Source: Bacteroidota bacterium (GTDB lineage: Bacteria; Bacteroidota; Bacteroidia; Chitinophagales; JADIYW01). Taken from it: a stretch of DNA of 64,000 nucleotides. Positions 21,062-30,727 of this stretch are shown here, piece by piece; the stretch's first letter is position 1, and the number at the start of each line of letters is the position of its first letter. The DNA lies in NCBI GenBank assembly GCA_963169645.1, contig CAUJCO010000013.1, forward strand, positions 469,923 through 533,922, given 5' to 3'. A program made the translations under genes and the position numbers. Under the pieces are notes generated by a model, which searched no databases, was not told the DNA's origin, and saw only the letters and a list, made by a program, of their open reading frames with translations.

Positions 21062-22591
21062 ATGCAACTTTCTGAACAAGAACAAATACGTAGAGAAAAA
21101 CTAGAAAAAATAAAAGCCTTAGGCATTGATCCTTATCCGGCTCCTTTATATCCGGTTAATGCTTCTGCTACGGAAATAAAAAATAATTACCAAGAAGAAA
21201 TTTTAGAAGACGGCACCAAAAACCGTCTAAATTACCAAGAAGTATGTATTGCCGGCCGTTTGATGGCAACACGTCCTGCCGGAAAAGCTACCTTTGCAGA
21301 AATCCAAGACAGCACCGGAAGAATCCAAATTTACGTGCGTCGTGATGATATTTGTCCTACTGAAGACAAAACCTTATACGATACTCTTTTCTCCAAATTA
21401 TTGGATTTAGGTGATTTTGTCGGAATAAAAGGCTACGCCTTTAAAACCAAAGTAGGCGAAATATCGGTACATGCCACCGGATTCACGTTGCTATCCAAAT
21501 CCTTGCGTCCGCTTCCGGTTGTAAAAAAAGATGAGGAAGGTAATATTTTCGATGCATTCACAGATCCGGAAATGCGCTATCGCCAACGCTATGTTGATTT
21601 GGTCGTAAATGAGCAAGTTCGTGATACTTTTATTAAACGCACGAAAATGATGAATTCCATACGTGAATTCTTAAACAGCAAAAACGCATTGGAAGTAGAT
21701 ACACCCGTTTTACAAAGTATTCCCGGCGGTGCCGCTGCACGTCCATTCATTACGCACCACAATGCATTAGATATTCCATTGTATTTGCGCATCGCCAATG
21801 AGTTATATTTAAAAAGATTAATAGTAGGTGGGTTTGATTGGGTGTATGAGTTTTCAAGAAATTTTAGAAATGAAGGTATGGACAGAACCCACAATCCGGA
21901 ATTTACCGTATTGGAGTTTTATGTTGCGTATAAAGATTATTTCTGGATGATGGAAACCACCGAGCAATTATTGGAAAAAGTAGCATTGGATACCAATGGA
22001 AATACGTATGTTCAAGTAGGTGAAAATATGATTAATTTCAAAGCACCATACAAACGTATTTCTATCTACGATGCCATCAAAACATATACCGGATTCGATG
22101 TTTCAGAAATGGAAGAAGATGGTTTACGCGATGTGTGCAAGCAACTAAAAATTGAGGTAGATAACTCCATGGGAAAAGGCAAATTAATAGATGCCATTTT
22201 TGGAGAAAGATGTGAACACAACTACATACAACCTACGTTTATTATTGATTATCCGGTAGAAATGTCGCCGTTAACAAAAAAACATCGCAGCAAAAATGGT
22301 TTAGTAGAACGTTTTGAGTTGATGATTAATGGAAAAGAAATTGCCAATGCTTACTCTGAGTTGAACGACCCAATTGATCAACGCGAACGCTTTGAAGACC
22401 AATTGAAACTACAAGAACGAGGTGATGATGAGGCTATGTTTATCGATCAAGATTTCTTACGTGCATTGGAATATGGAATGCCGCCAACGTCCGGAATTGG
22501 TTTTGGTATAGATAGATTGGCAATGTTATTAACGAACCAAGCTTCTATCCAAGAAGTACTATTCTTTCCGCAAATGCGACCGGAAAAATAA
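21062..22591 (+). CDS. lysS: lysine--tRNA ligase (class II)
   Basis: OB-fold N-domain followed by the class II core: FRNEGMDRTHNPEFTVLE, ELNDPIDQR, GMPPTSGIGFGIDRL. The track ORF begins at TTG 21032, which lies inside the promoter box, so ATG 21062 (MQLSEQEQIRREKL) is preferred. Confidence 0.95.
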   Translation: MQLSEQEQIRREKLEKIKALGIDPYPAPLYPVNASATEIKNNYQEEILEDGTKNRLNYQEVCIAGRLMATRPAGKATFAEIQDSTGRIQIYVRRDDICPTEDKTLYDTLFSKLLDLGDFVGIKGYAFKTKVGEISVHATGFTLLSKSLRPLPVVKKDEEGNIFDAFTDPEMRYRQRYVDLVVNEQVRDTFIKRTKMMNSIREFLNSKNALEVDTPVLQSIPGGAAARPFITHHNALDIPLYLRIANELYLKRLIVGGFDWVYEFSRNFRNEGMDRTHNPEFTVLEFYVAYKDYFWMMETTEQLLEKVALDTNGNTYVQVGENMINFKAPYKRISIYDAIKTYTGFDVSEMEEDGLRDVCKQLKIEVDNSMGKGKLIDAIFGERCEHNYIQPTFIIDYPVEMSPLTKKHRSKNGLVERFELMINGKEIANAYSELNDPIDQRERFEDQLKLQERGDDEAMFIDQDFLRALEYGMPPTSGIGFGIDRLAMLLTNQASIQEVLFFPQMRPEK

Positions 22592-22617
22592 AGCAAAATA
22601 CTACTTTCAATACATCA

Positions 22618-22653
22618 AAAATGGGATTTTTTACGTGTAAAAAATCCCATTTT
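22618..22653. terminator. bidirectional Rho-independent terminator between convergent lysS and murF-alr
   Basis: A 16-bp perfect stem, aaaatgggatttttta / taaaaaatcccatttt, with loop cgtg. A- and T-runs lie on either side. Confidence 0.8.
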
Positions 22654-22658
22654 TATTT

Positions 22659-25121
22659 TCAATCTAAAAAATACAATCGCTTTACACGGGCAGAAATTTT
22701 TGTAAGCAACTCGTACGAAATTGTGCCTATTTTTTTTGCTTGCGTAATGATGGAAACTTCTTTTCCATAAATCTCACATTCATCGCCTTCCTGCACATCA
22801 TCTATATGCGTAATATCTGCCATACACATATCCATACATACATTTCCAATTATAGAAGCATGCTTTCCGGCAATAAACAAATCGCCTACACCGTTGCCAA
22901 ATCTTCTATCAAACCCATCGGCATAGCCAATTGCCAATACTGCAATTTTCATGTCTTTATCTGCAACGCCTTTGCGTGAATAGCCGATGGTATCGCCTTT
23001 TGCAACCGATTTAATTTGAGCAATGCGTGTTTTTAATCTACCTACCGGCTCTAATTGTTTTTGTATCGTTTCAGAACTATCTATACCATATAATCCAATG
23101 CCTAAACGAACAAAATCAAAATGGGCTTCCGGAAAACGCAAGATACCGGCAGAATTAAGAAGATGTCGTTTTATCGGATATGGAAATGCAGACAAGATGT
23201 TGGAAGACATGAATTTAAATGAGGCAATTTGTTCTGTTGTAAATGCATCTAATTGTACATCTTCACTGGCTGCTAAATGAGAAAATACCGTTTTTATTTG
23301 GATGTTAGGATGTTGATGCAACACCGTTATCAGCTCATCCAGTTCATCCGATACAAACCCTAAACGATTCATGCCCGTTTCCAATTTTAAATGAATGGAA
23401 ATATTTTTACCCTCCACTTTTTTTATCAGATGATGTAAGATTTGTAGCGAATAAATTTCAGGTTCTAAATTGTATTCTAACATTCGATCAAAATCTACCA
23501 CATCCGGATTCATCACTATTATCGGTAATTGTATTGCATCTTTTCTTAATTCCACACCTTCATCAGCATAAGCCACTGCTAAATAAGAAACGTGTTGTTT
23601 TTCCAAAAGCCCGGCAATCTCTACACTTCCGCTTCCATACGAAAAAGCTTTCACCATAGCAATCACGCCACAATCTTTTGGCAAATATTTTTTATAGCAA
23701 TTTAAGTTTTGGATAAGTGCATTGAGGTTTACTTCTAACACGGTTGCATGTGTTTGTCCGATGAGTTGTGCCGTGATTTTCTCAAACGTATATTGGCGTG
23801 CACCTTTTAATAAAATTAATTCTCGCTCAAAATGTAATACGTGAAATTGCTCTAACAAATGTTGTGTGCTTTCAAAAACATACCATTCTTTTACAGTGTA
23901 TGCTAACGATTCTACCTGATGCACAAATGCTTTGCCAACACCAATTAACTTGTCGAATGTATTATTTTGTAAGATAACTTTGAGTTTTTGAATAAAATCT
24001 TTTTCACTCAATCCCGATTCATCAAACTCCGAAATAATCAATGTTTTTTTCTTGTGCGATGTTTGTTGTTTTAAGAAATCTAAGGCTATTTGCAACGAGT
24101 GAAAATCTGCACTGTATGAATCATCGATAATAGTACAATTTTGGATACCATATTTCAATTCTAAACGCATCGGCAAGTTGCGTAGTAATGAAATCTTTGA
24201 TTGAATTACTTCAACAGAATAACCCAAATACAACAAAGCAACCACACTAAGTAAACAATTCTCTATCGAAGCATCATCTACAAAGGGTATTACAACGTTG
24301 GTTTTATTTAATGCAAATCGAGCGGAGGATAATTCCACTATTACACAGTTACGTTGTTTGGTGTAATGATTGATTTTGACAACCGCATCATCACTTTCAC
24401 CAATCGAAATTTTTTGAAATGAAAAATCTGTCAACGTTGTAGTTGTAATATATTTTTCAAAAAATAAACAAACATCAGCATGTAGAAACAATCGCAGCTT
24501 TTCTCGTAATTTATCTTCTTTAGATGTGAATCCGGCATCGTGTGCACTACCGATATTTGTAAGTATGCCGATGGTTGGCTGAATAATTGTTTCCAACTTT
24601 TCCATTTCGCCTATTGTAGAAATACCGGCTTCGAAAATGGCTAATTCATTTTCCGTTTCCATATTTAATACAGAGAGAGGAACACCAATTTGCGAGTTGT
24701 AACTTTTTGGGCTTTTTACAATGTTTTTTTCTGAAGTTAATAATTGAAACAACCACTCTTTCACTATTGTTTTTCCATTACTGCCTGTAATACCAATTGT
24801 CGGAATACGAAATTGTGTGCGGTGATGTATTGCCAATTGTTGCAATGCATCACGCGTGTTTGAAACCAAAATAAAATTGGCATCTACATAGGTTTGAACA
24901 TCCAATTGGGTGGAAACAACAAAATTTCGAATACCTTTTTTGTAAGCTGTTTCAATAAATTGATGTCCATCATTTTGGGCTATTAAACAGAAAAAAAGGC
25001 TGTTAGCAGCATGTGTAATTTGTCGGGTGTCAATGCAAACGTGCGTAATTAACGGACTCGATTTTTCTTGCAAAAAACTTCCGTTTATAATTTTAGATAT
25101 GTCAACAACTGAATATTTCAT
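22659..25121 (-). CDS. murF: bifunctional UDP-N-acetylmuramoyl-tripeptide--D-alanyl-D-alanine ligase (MurF) / alanine racemase (Alr) fusion
   Basis: The N-terminal ~450 aa have Mur ligase motifs (GITGSNGKT, DDSYSA). The C-terminal ~370 aa have alanine racemase motifs (AMVKAFSYGSG PLP-lysine region, GIGLYG, GYADG, NVCMD). Total length 820 aa. Confidence 0.9.
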   Translation of the reverse strand: MKYSVVDISKIINGSFLQEKSSPLITHVCIDTRQITHAANSLFFCLIAQNDGHQFIETAYKKGIRNFVVSTQLDVQTYVDANFILVSNTRDALQQLAIHHRTQFRIPTIGITGSNGKTIVKEWLFQLLTSEKNIVKSPKSYNSQIGVPLSVLNMETENELAIFEAGISTIGEMEKLETIIQPTIGILTNIGSAHDAGFTSKEDKLREKLRLFLHADVCLFFEKYITTTTLTDFSFQKISIGESDDAVVKINHYTKQRNCVIVELSSARFALNKTNVVIPFVDDASIENCLLSVVALLYLGYSVEVIQSKISLLRNLPMRLELKYGIQNCTIIDDSYSADFHSLQIALDFLKQQTSHKKKTLIISEFDESGLSEKDFIQKLKVILQNNTFDKLIGVGKAFVHQVESLAYTVKEWYVFESTQHLLEQFHVLHFERELILLKGARQYTFEKITAQLIGQTHATVLEVNLNALIQNLNCYKKYLPKDCGVIAMVKAFSYGSGSVEIAGLLEKQHVSYLAVAYADEGVELRKDAIQLPIIVMNPDVVDFDRMLEYNLEPEIYSLQILHHLIKKVEGKNISIHLKLETGMNRLGFVSDELDELITVLHQHPNIQIKTVFSHLAASEDVQLDAFTTEQIASFKFMSSNILSAFPYPIKRHLLNSAGILRFPEAHFDFVRLGIGLYGIDSSETIQKQLEPVGRLKTRIAQIKSVAKGDTIGYSRKGVADKDMKIAVLAIGYADGFDRRFGNGVGDLFIAGKHASIIGNVCMDMCMADITHIDDVQEGDECEIYGKEVSIITQAKKIGTISYELLTKISARVKRLYFLD

Positions 25122-25155
25122 GTGTTTAAAACGATGTTATATTTTCAATACAAAG

Positions 25156-25491
25156 TTAGTATTGCTTAATGCCAATCCATAACTTATCGTCTTCTATTTT
25201 AAAAGGATAATGGTTGATTTTATAATTATTACCATCTACACTTCTTCCGGATTTCATATCGAATTTATAACCATGCAACGGACAAGTAACTACGCCTCTT
25301 TTGTTGCAATGACCATGATGTAGTTGAGCTCCGGCGTGCGGACACGTATTTTGTATTCCAAAGAAACCTTCTTCTAAGCGTGTTACGCAAATAGATTTAC
25401 CGTTAAAGTCTAATTTTGCCATTTGCAAAATTTGTAATTGCTCCAATGCTATTTTGGTTTCGTTTGTCAATTCGTGCCATTGCCACATCAT
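25156..25491 (-). CDS. Rieske [2Fe-2S] domain protein (NirD-like small ferredoxin)
   Basis: Rieske ligand motifs CPHAG...H and CPLHGYKF. 111 aa. Confidence 0.8.
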   Translation of the reverse strand: MMWQWHELTNETKIALEQLQILQMAKLDFNGKSICVTRLEEGFFGIQNTCPHAGAQLHHGHCNKRGVVTCPLHGYKFDMKSGRSVDGNNYKINHYPFKIEDDKLWIGIKQY

Positions 25492-25586
25492 ACATCAAAA
25501 ATAGAGATTATACTGTTTGTTTGTTCTAAATTAGAATTAATATACAGTGTACTAAAATTTATCTAAATTAGAATAAAATAAAATCT

Positions 25587-26273
25587 ATGAGAAATATCTT
25601 TTTGATGGCAATTGTTATTGCCTTATTCACAGCTTGTAAAAACAACACAACAGAGCAATCCGGCGAAGGAACCAACACAAGTAGCAGTTCCGTAGAAGTA
25701 TCATCAACGCCTGTAGAAAATATCAAATCGGTTATGTATGAATCCGAAACGATAATGCCTGAAGGAATGGGCACTACAACCTCTAAAGTTTATACGGATG
25801 ATTTTGGCAAAAAAGTTCGCACCGAATCTGTAACTTCTATTTCATTTGGTGGTAAATCTATGAACACTACTGCTAATATGCTTAAGTTGGATGATTATGC
25901 TTATACTTGGTCTAACATGTCAAAAACCGGAAGCAAAATAAAATTAGATCCATCAAAATTTGACCCAAACACGACAGACATTGCAACCTTAACGGAAGAA
26001 ATGAAAAAGAAAATGAATTTAAAGGATGAAGGCGAGGAAACAATAGATGGAAAGTCGTGCAAAGTATTTAGTTTTTCGATGGAGCAAATGAGTGGAAAAA
26101 TGTGGTCTTGGAAAGGAATTCCTTTAAAAATGGAAATGTCCATGATGGGAAAAACGGTAACAACAAATGTGAAGAAAATAGAAGAAAATCCGAGCATTCC
26201 AGCCGGTACATTTGAATTGCCTTCCGGTATAGAATTTAAAGAAATGCAATTACCGGCAACAGCACAACATTAA
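25587..26273 (+). CDS. hypothetical lipoprotein
   Basis: Lipoprotein signal AIVIALFTAC. No family recognised. Confidence 0.5.
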   Translation: MRNIFLMAIVIALFTACKNNTTEQSGEGTNTSSSSVEVSSTPVENIKSVMYESETIMPEGMGTTTSKVYTDDFGKKVRTESVTSISFGGKSMNTTANMLKLDDYAYTWSNMSKTGSKIKLDPSKFDPNTTDIATLTEEMKKKMNLKDEGEETIDGKSCKVFSFSMEQMSGKMWSWKGIPLKMEMSMMGKTVTTNVKKIEENPSIPAGTFELPSGIEFKEMQLPATAQH

Positions 26274-26291
26274 AAATCTTTAGACGAGAAG

Positions 26292-26331
26292 AAAAAAAGC
26301 AGGACACGCTGTTAGCGTGTCCTGCTTTTTT
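26292..26331. terminator. bidirectional Rho-independent terminator
   Basis: GC-rich 11-bp stem gcaggacacgc / gcgtgtcctgc with loop tgtta. It is flanked by A7 and T6 and lies between convergent genes. Confidence 0.85.
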
Positions 26332-26335
26332 AATA

Positions 26336-27406
26336 TTATTTCATTTCGGCAATCCACTGGCGAACAAGTTCCACACCTTCTACATGTGTTACACTTCTGC
26401 CTAATTCCGGCATACGCACTTCTGGGTCATTTTCCGTAATGCGATGCACTAAGATACTTTCATCCGGTTTTCCCGGAACGACATCGTATAGATTATCACC
26501 ACTGGCAGCACCCGCTGCTACCGGGCTTTTTATGATGCCCCAACTTTCCGGATTTTGCTCACTCAACAGCAAAAACAATCCCGAATTATTGGCACTTCCT
26601 TCCCTGCGATGACAATGTGCACAATTAATTTCCAAATATGATTTAGCTCTATGCTCCGTAGTTCCACTCATAGGATTAAAGGCATCAGCTATTTTATTGG
26701 TTGCATTTGCAGTAGCATTGTATCCGGTTAGGTAGCCAACGGAAGCCCATTTTTCTAACTGATTTTTAAGTCCGTCTGCAAATAAATAGTCTTTGTTTAA
26801 ATAACGAACTTTTGGTCCAATTGGCATCAATACGTTATTTAAGTTGTGGCAATTTTTACATTCATTTTTGTTGGGAACAGTATAGTCAATGTGAACAGCT
26901 TTTCCTTTCGCATTCGTATAATCTACTTTTTTAGAATCGCCTACTATATTTAAAGTTGCTTCGGTTTGTTCATCGTTCCATACGTATGCTAAAGCATCCC
27001 ATTTATCTTTGCGTTTAACCAATAAACGTGTTTCAATGATTCTTCTTCCTTTTTGAGCATTTTGTTCATCTATTTCATAAAAGAAATTTTTTATCAAGAC
27101 AGTTCCCACTGGAAAATCTAACACTTCATCTTTTACATATTTAGCAGTTGCTCCTTCGGGCATCCAAACAAAACGAGCCTTGTGTGCATAATCTGTAAAC
27201 AAGGCAGTTATCACATCGTAGGGTAACACTCTGTCATTTGGTTCTAAATTTTTCAGCACTCCTTTAAAAAAATGATAGTCTGATAATTTCTCAAAAGGCT
27301 TCGCAGCAACATCCATTGCAACAGCTTTATTGCCTATCTTACATTGATTGAAAAATAGTAAAATAAAGCACCCAATAAGAGAGAGTAATACAATTGTTTT
27401 TTTCAT
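26336..27406 (-). CDS. diheme c-type cytochrome (resembles the family I recall as 'SO_2930 family diheme cytochrome c')
   Basis: Signal peptide and two CxxCH heme motifs (CKNCH, CAHCH). C-terminal PEVRMPELGRS...WI. Confidence 0.75.
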   Translation of the reverse strand: MKKTIVLLSLIGCFILLFFNQCKIGNKAVAMDVAAKPFEKLSDYHFFKGVLKNLEPNDRVLPYDVITALFTDYAHKARFVWMPEGATAKYVKDEVLDFPVGTVLIKNFFYEIDEQNAQKGRRIIETRLLVKRKDKWDALAYVWNDEQTEATLNIVGDSKKVDYTNAKGKAVHIDYTVPNKNECKNCHNLNNVLMPIGPKVRYLNKDYLFADGLKNQLEKWASVGYLTGYNATANATNKIADAFNPMSGTTEHRAKSYLEINCAHCHRREGSANNSGLFLLLSEQNPESWGIIKSPVAAGAASGDNLYDVVPGKPDESILVHRITENDPEVRMPELGRSVTHVEGVELVRQWIAEMK

Positions 27407-27418
27407 GCGTACAAGATA

Positions 27419-28717
27419 TTATTTTGCGGTTGCCGGATTGGTATTATTTCCATTAATTGCAGCAATGGAACAATCAAACTTTGAGATATCATTGTCTTTA
27501 TAATTCATAATATCTTTTATGCCTTTGGCTTTCCATGCGTTTAAATTACCAAATTCAATGTTTCCATTGTTTCGGACACAAATACGTTTATCTTCCGGAA
27601 GTTGACCATTTTTATCTCTCAGTTTCGGGTCGGATGAGCCATCTATTAAAATATCAACGCCACCTTTAAATGTTGCAGTAAGCAATTTTCCTAAATCTGT
27701 AGTTAAATCCGGAACACGCTCTGTAAGTGACAATCCGCTACGATCAAATTTATTATCGTGGATATATATAGCAGTACAATATGGTCCGTAGGCAGTATCA
27801 TTTAATTGTTTTCCGGTCATTTGATAGCAAACTGTTGCAACACCAACGGTTTTATTGTTTGTAATGCGATTATTAAAGATATCTACGCTATCGGTTGCCA
27901 TAATAATCATTCCGGAGCCTGGCGGAATCATCGCTACAATGCTACCGGGTTTTCCAAAGTTTTTAAAGTTGTTATTCTTGCAATCATTGTCCCATACTTT
28001 TGCATTTCGTCCATTTGCTTGAAAGAGTTTAGGCAAATCAAAAACTAATATTCCACCGGAATTGTTTTCTGCTTTATTTTTATATACATCTGAATTGATG
28101 CAATTCTCAATTTCGATGCCGGCAACATTGTGGTGTGCATAGCAATGACGCACAATTACATTTGTAGATTGGCCAACATACACGCCTGCATCAGCACAAT
28201 ATGAAACCTCACAATATTCTAACAATACATTTTTGCATTCGACAGGATAGTATCCATAATTTCCATTGGATGTATCGGCTCCTGTAGTCCATGTCGAATT
28301 CATATTTCGGATGGTAACACCATCGCAATTTTTTAATTTCAAATTATCGCCTTTAGAATCTTGTATTGTAAAACCTTCCACCTTTACATTTTGGCAATTG
28401 GTAATATTAATTCCTTCAGCACCTTCCGTTTGTCCTAAAAAAGATAAAATCGTTTCTTTTGTGCCGGCACCTTTTATCGTTACATCTTTCTTGCCTTCCA
28501 TAGAAAGTGCTTTCTTAAACAGGAATTTTCCGGCAGGAAACTCGACTGTTCCACCATCTTCTACCAAAATCAATTTTTCTTGGAATTCTTTTTCTATTTT
28601 TTCATCGTACGTAAAACCTTGTGTGTCGCCTTCTTTTTTCCCATTAGAATTACACGATTGAAATACAAAAAGGGTGAGAATACCCATCATCCATAATAAA
28701 GAATTTCGCATATACAT
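27419..28717 (-). CDS. parallel beta-helix repeat lipoprotein
   Basis: Lipoprotein signal LTLFVFQSC. Repeated ~22-aa I/V-x-N/G-C/N turns (ITNCQNVKVEGFTI, LKNCDGVTIRNM, CKNVLLEYCEV, STNVIVRHCYA, IENCINSDVYKN) typical of CASH/right-handed beta-helix proteins. Confidence 0.65.
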   Translation of the reverse strand: MYMRNSLLWMMGILTLFVFQSCNSNGKKEGDTQGFTYDEKIEKEFQEKLILVEDGGTVEFPAGKFLFKKALSMEGKKDVTIKGAGTKETILSFLGQTEGAEGINITNCQNVKVEGFTIQDSKGDNLKLKNCDGVTIRNMNSTWTTGADTSNGNYGYYPVECKNVLLEYCEVSYCADAGVYVGQSTNVIVRHCYAHHNVAGIEIENCINSDVYKNKAENNSGGILVFDLPKLFQANGRNAKVWDNDCKNNNFKNFGKPGSIVAMIPPGSGMIIMATDSVDIFNNRITNNKTVGVATVCYQMTGKQLNDTAYGPYCTAIYIHDNKFDRSGLSLTERVPDLTTDLGKLLTATFKGGVDILIDGSSDPKLRDKNGQLPEDKRICVRNNGNIEFGNLNAWKAKGIKDIMNYKDNDISKFDCSIAAINGNNTNPATAK

Positions 28718-28906
28718 TTATTTATTTAGTGAATATAATGAAAAATAGATTACAAAAAAAACAGATTGCTGCTAGATTATTAATAGGGCAAAACTCGTTT
28801 TGTGTACTTGTTTAAACAAGAAAATAATTTGTTGCAACAACTATCTCAATATAATGGCGGCGTGTTAATACTTACAAAGCATACATACAATCTGTATAAA
28901 AACTAT

Positions 28907-28914
28907 TAAATTTG
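28907..28914 (+). promoter_or_regulatory. TAnnTTTG -7 promoter box upstream of the ABC substrate-binding gene
   Basis: TAAATTTG lies 19 nt upstream of the ATG at 28933. Confidence 0.4.
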
Positions 28915-28932
28915 CCAGCTAATCTAATATAC

Positions 28933-30714
28933 ATGTCTATAAAAAGAATACTTTATACAACATTGATTTTATTGTGTGCTATTGTTGTATTAAGTGCCAT
29001 TATTAGAAACACGGCTAACTCTAAAAAAGTATACAAAAATCAAGTTGCCATTCATGTTTTATCTGATGCGACAGGATTAAATCCATATACTGTTTCTGAT
29101 GCTACTTCTAGAAGATACATGATTCCAAACATTATGCAATCAATGTTGAATTATGACTTAAAAACTATGGCAATTACTCCTGTGTTAGCGGCAGCATTAC
29201 CGGAAGTAAAAAATATAGGAAATACCATCGAAATCACGTACGAGATTAGACCGGAAGCGGTATGGGACAATGGTTCACCTATTACAGCAAAAGATGTTGT
29301 GTTTTCGTATAAAGCAGTGCTTTGTCCTAAGGTGAACTCCGACAACGTAAAGCCATCCATTGATTATGTAAAAGATATTCGAACATATCCGGAAAATCCG
29401 AAAAAATTCACCGTTATCTGCAATGAATACATTGGTGCAGTAGAAGGCACCGGTTGTGAGATTATCATCTTGCCGGAATATGTGTACGATGCAAAAGGGT
29501 TGCTAAAAAAATATAGCCTTCCTGAATTCATAGTTGAAAATCCAAAATGTGCTGACGACGATAATATTAAAAAATTTGCCGACTTCTTTAACTCCCAACA
29601 GACTATGCGTGAACCTGCTTATGTGCAAGGTTCAGGTGCTTACAAATTGGTAAGTTGGGAAACAGGACAACGCATGATTTTGGAACGCAAAAAAGATTGG
29701 TGGGGCGATAAAGTACAGGATAAAAACATCTTCTTCGAGGCTTATCCAAACCGTTTGGTGTTTATCACTATTAATAACTTCACTACGGCATTAACGGCAT
29801 TAAAAAACGAGCAATTAGATTTCATTTATGTTACACCGGTGAAAGATTATAAAGACCTAGACAACTCACCTAAGTTTACTAAAAATTTCTATAAAAGCGA
29901 GCCGCAACAATTAGCATATCAATGCATCGGCTTAAACCATAAAGATAAAATACTGAGTGATGTAAAAGTTAGACAAGCTTTATGCTATCTAATCGATGTC
30001 AACCAAATATTAGAAAAGGTAATTTATGGCATGGGTGTCCGTAACAACAGTGCTATTTTACCGATGAAAAAAGATATCATCGATCCATCTATCCAATTAT
30101 TTCCTTTTGATTTGAAAAAAGGCGTAGCCTTATTGGAAGCTGCAGGATGGAAAGATACGGATGGCGATGGCATATTAGATAAAACTATGGACGGTGTAAA
30201 AACAAACTTTGAATTAACGTACACATATAATAGTGGCAATAGTTTACGAGAAATGGTGGGTTTATTAATGCAACGCACCTTTAATAAAGCCGGCATTCAT
30301 TTAAACATTAAAACATTAGAGTGGTCACTTTATATAGATGAATTGAAAAAACACAATTGTCAAATGTGGTATCAAGGTTGGGTTACCGGACCGGGTGTTG
30401 ACGACAACAAACAATTATTCCATACTTCAAGTGCCAATGGTGGTGCAAATTACATGAGCTTTGGAAATGCAAAAACAGATAAAATATTAGACAACATTCG
30501 TGTAGAATTTGATATAGAAAAAAGAAAAAAGCTATACTACGAATGGCAAGAAATTGAACATACTCAAATTCCGTATATATACTTATACGTACAAACCTAT
30601 AGAAACTGTGTACACAACCGCTTTGAAAACATCAATGCCGGACCTGCGTTATATCCGGGTGTGTGGTTTGCCGGATTTAAAGTAAAAAAAGGATATAAAG
30701 TAGAAGCTAATTAA
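28933..30714 (+). CDS. ABC transporter substrate-binding protein, family 5 (peptide/nickel type)
   Basis: About 590 aa with an N-terminal anchor/signal. SBP_bac_5-like segments (WDNGSPITAKDVVFSY, GSGAYKLVSWETGQRMILERKKDWWG). The track start at 28912 falls in the promoter box, so ATG 28933 is preferred. Confidence 0.8.
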   Translation: MSIKRILYTTLILLCAIVVLSAIIRNTANSKKVYKNQVAIHVLSDATGLNPYTVSDATSRRYMIPNIMQSMLNYDLKTMAITPVLAAALPEVKNIGNTIEITYEIRPEAVWDNGSPITAKDVVFSYKAVLCPKVNSDNVKPSIDYVKDIRTYPENPKKFTVICNEYIGAVEGTGCEIIILPEYVYDAKGLLKKYSLPEFIVENPKCADDDNIKKFADFFNSQQTMREPAYVQGSGAYKLVSWETGQRMILERKKDWWGDKVQDKNIFFEAYPNRLVFITINNFTTALTALKNEQLDFIYVTPVKDYKDLDNSPKFTKNFYKSEPQQLAYQCIGLNHKDKILSDVKVRQALCYLIDVNQILEKVIYGMGVRNNSAILPMKKDIIDPSIQLFPFDLKKGVALLEAAGWKDTDGDGILDKTMDGVKTNFELTYTYNSGNSLREMVGLLMQRTFNKAGIHLNIKTLEWSLYIDELKKHNCQMWYQGWVTGPGVDDNKQLFHTSSANGGANYMSFGNAKTDKILDNIRVEFDIEKRKKLYYEWQEIEHTQIPYIYLYVQTYRNCVHNRFENINAGPALYPGVWFAGFKVKKGYKVEAN

Positions 30715-30727
30715 AAAGAAAAACGAT

